Shown: positions 63,816 to 64,000 of the stretch, one piece after another
Layout: every line of letters begins with the position of its first letter
Position numbering within the stretch: position 1 is the first letter of the stretch
Source: an uncultured Bacilli bacterium
Lineage (GTDB): Bacteria > Bacillota_I > Bacilli_A > RF39 > UBA660
Reading direction: 5' to 3'
NCBI GenBank assembly: GCA_947627925.1
Contig: CANQXW010000003.1
Coordinates: 12-64,011 of the forward strand
Length of the DNA stretch: 64,000 nucleotides
Made by a program: the position numbers and the translations under genes
The notes under the pieces: model-generated
Seen by the model: the letters and a program-made list of their open reading frames with translations, nothing else
Told to the model about the DNA's origin: nothing
Database searches by the model: none

Positions 63816-64000
63816 TGAATATTGATTTAGTTAAAAATAAGTTGGCTACTAATTTAAATAAAAAAGTAGTCGTAACAGTTTATGGAATGCGTAATAAAAT
63901 ATCTAGGTATGAAGGTGTATTATACAAAATATATCCTAATATATTTACGATTTTATATAATGGCGTTGAAAAAAGTTTTACTTATAATGAATACATAACT
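63815..64000 (+). CDS. veg: Veg protein (partial, runs off window end)
   Basis: MNIDLVKNKLATNLNKKVVVTVYGMRNKISRYEGVLYKIYPNIFTI... matches the Veg family. Its ATG overlaps the yabG stop (ATAATG). Confidence 0.75.
   Translation, partial: MNIDLVKNKLATNLNKKVVVTVYGMRNKISRYEGVLYKIYPNIFTILYNGVEKSFTYNEYIT

Overview
This is an origin-proximal chromosome segment from a very AT-rich, endospore-forming Bacillota (Firmicutes) genome. All calls come from reading the sequence and recognising motifs or families in the ORF translations; no database search was run. oriC lies between dnaA (minus) and rpmH (plus) at about 54.7-55.1 kb. Gene orientation switches there: nearly everything to the left is on the minus strand and everything to the right is on the plus strand. 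The core content follows Bacillus-like synteny. Left arm: secA, hpf, csp, spoIIQ-like, spoIID, rpiB, rpmE, murA, mntP, spoIIR, prmC, prfA, rpoE(delta), ksgA, tatD, metG, spoVT, mfd, pth, yaaT/ricT, holB, bofA, recR, ybaB, dnaX, tadA, ffs, gyrA, gyrB, recF, dnaN, dnaA. Right arm: rpmH, rnpA, yidC, jag, mnmE, mnmG, rsmG, noc, yabG, veg. Non-coding elements supported by sequence: a Met-specific T-box leader, a minimal 4.5S-type SRP RNA, two perfect parS palindromes, three perfect Noc-binding-site palindromes, a DnaA-box cluster, and several promoters and terminators. No tRNA, rRNA, CRISPR array or intact mobile element was seen. I found no unambiguous novel multi-gene system. The candidates worth follow-up are: (1) three copies of the secA 3' end bracketing small cargo islets (SDR; RhuM plus a truncated integrase), which looks like a decayed tandem integration hotspot; (2) an orphan 723-aa head-on gene with no recognisable family; (3) a translationally coupled cohesin-like and dockerin/Big_2 surface-protein pair inside a synteny break; (4) the dense parS/NBS landscape with noc present but no soj-spo0J beside it; (5) two genes that appear to start at non-canonical AUA/AUC codons.
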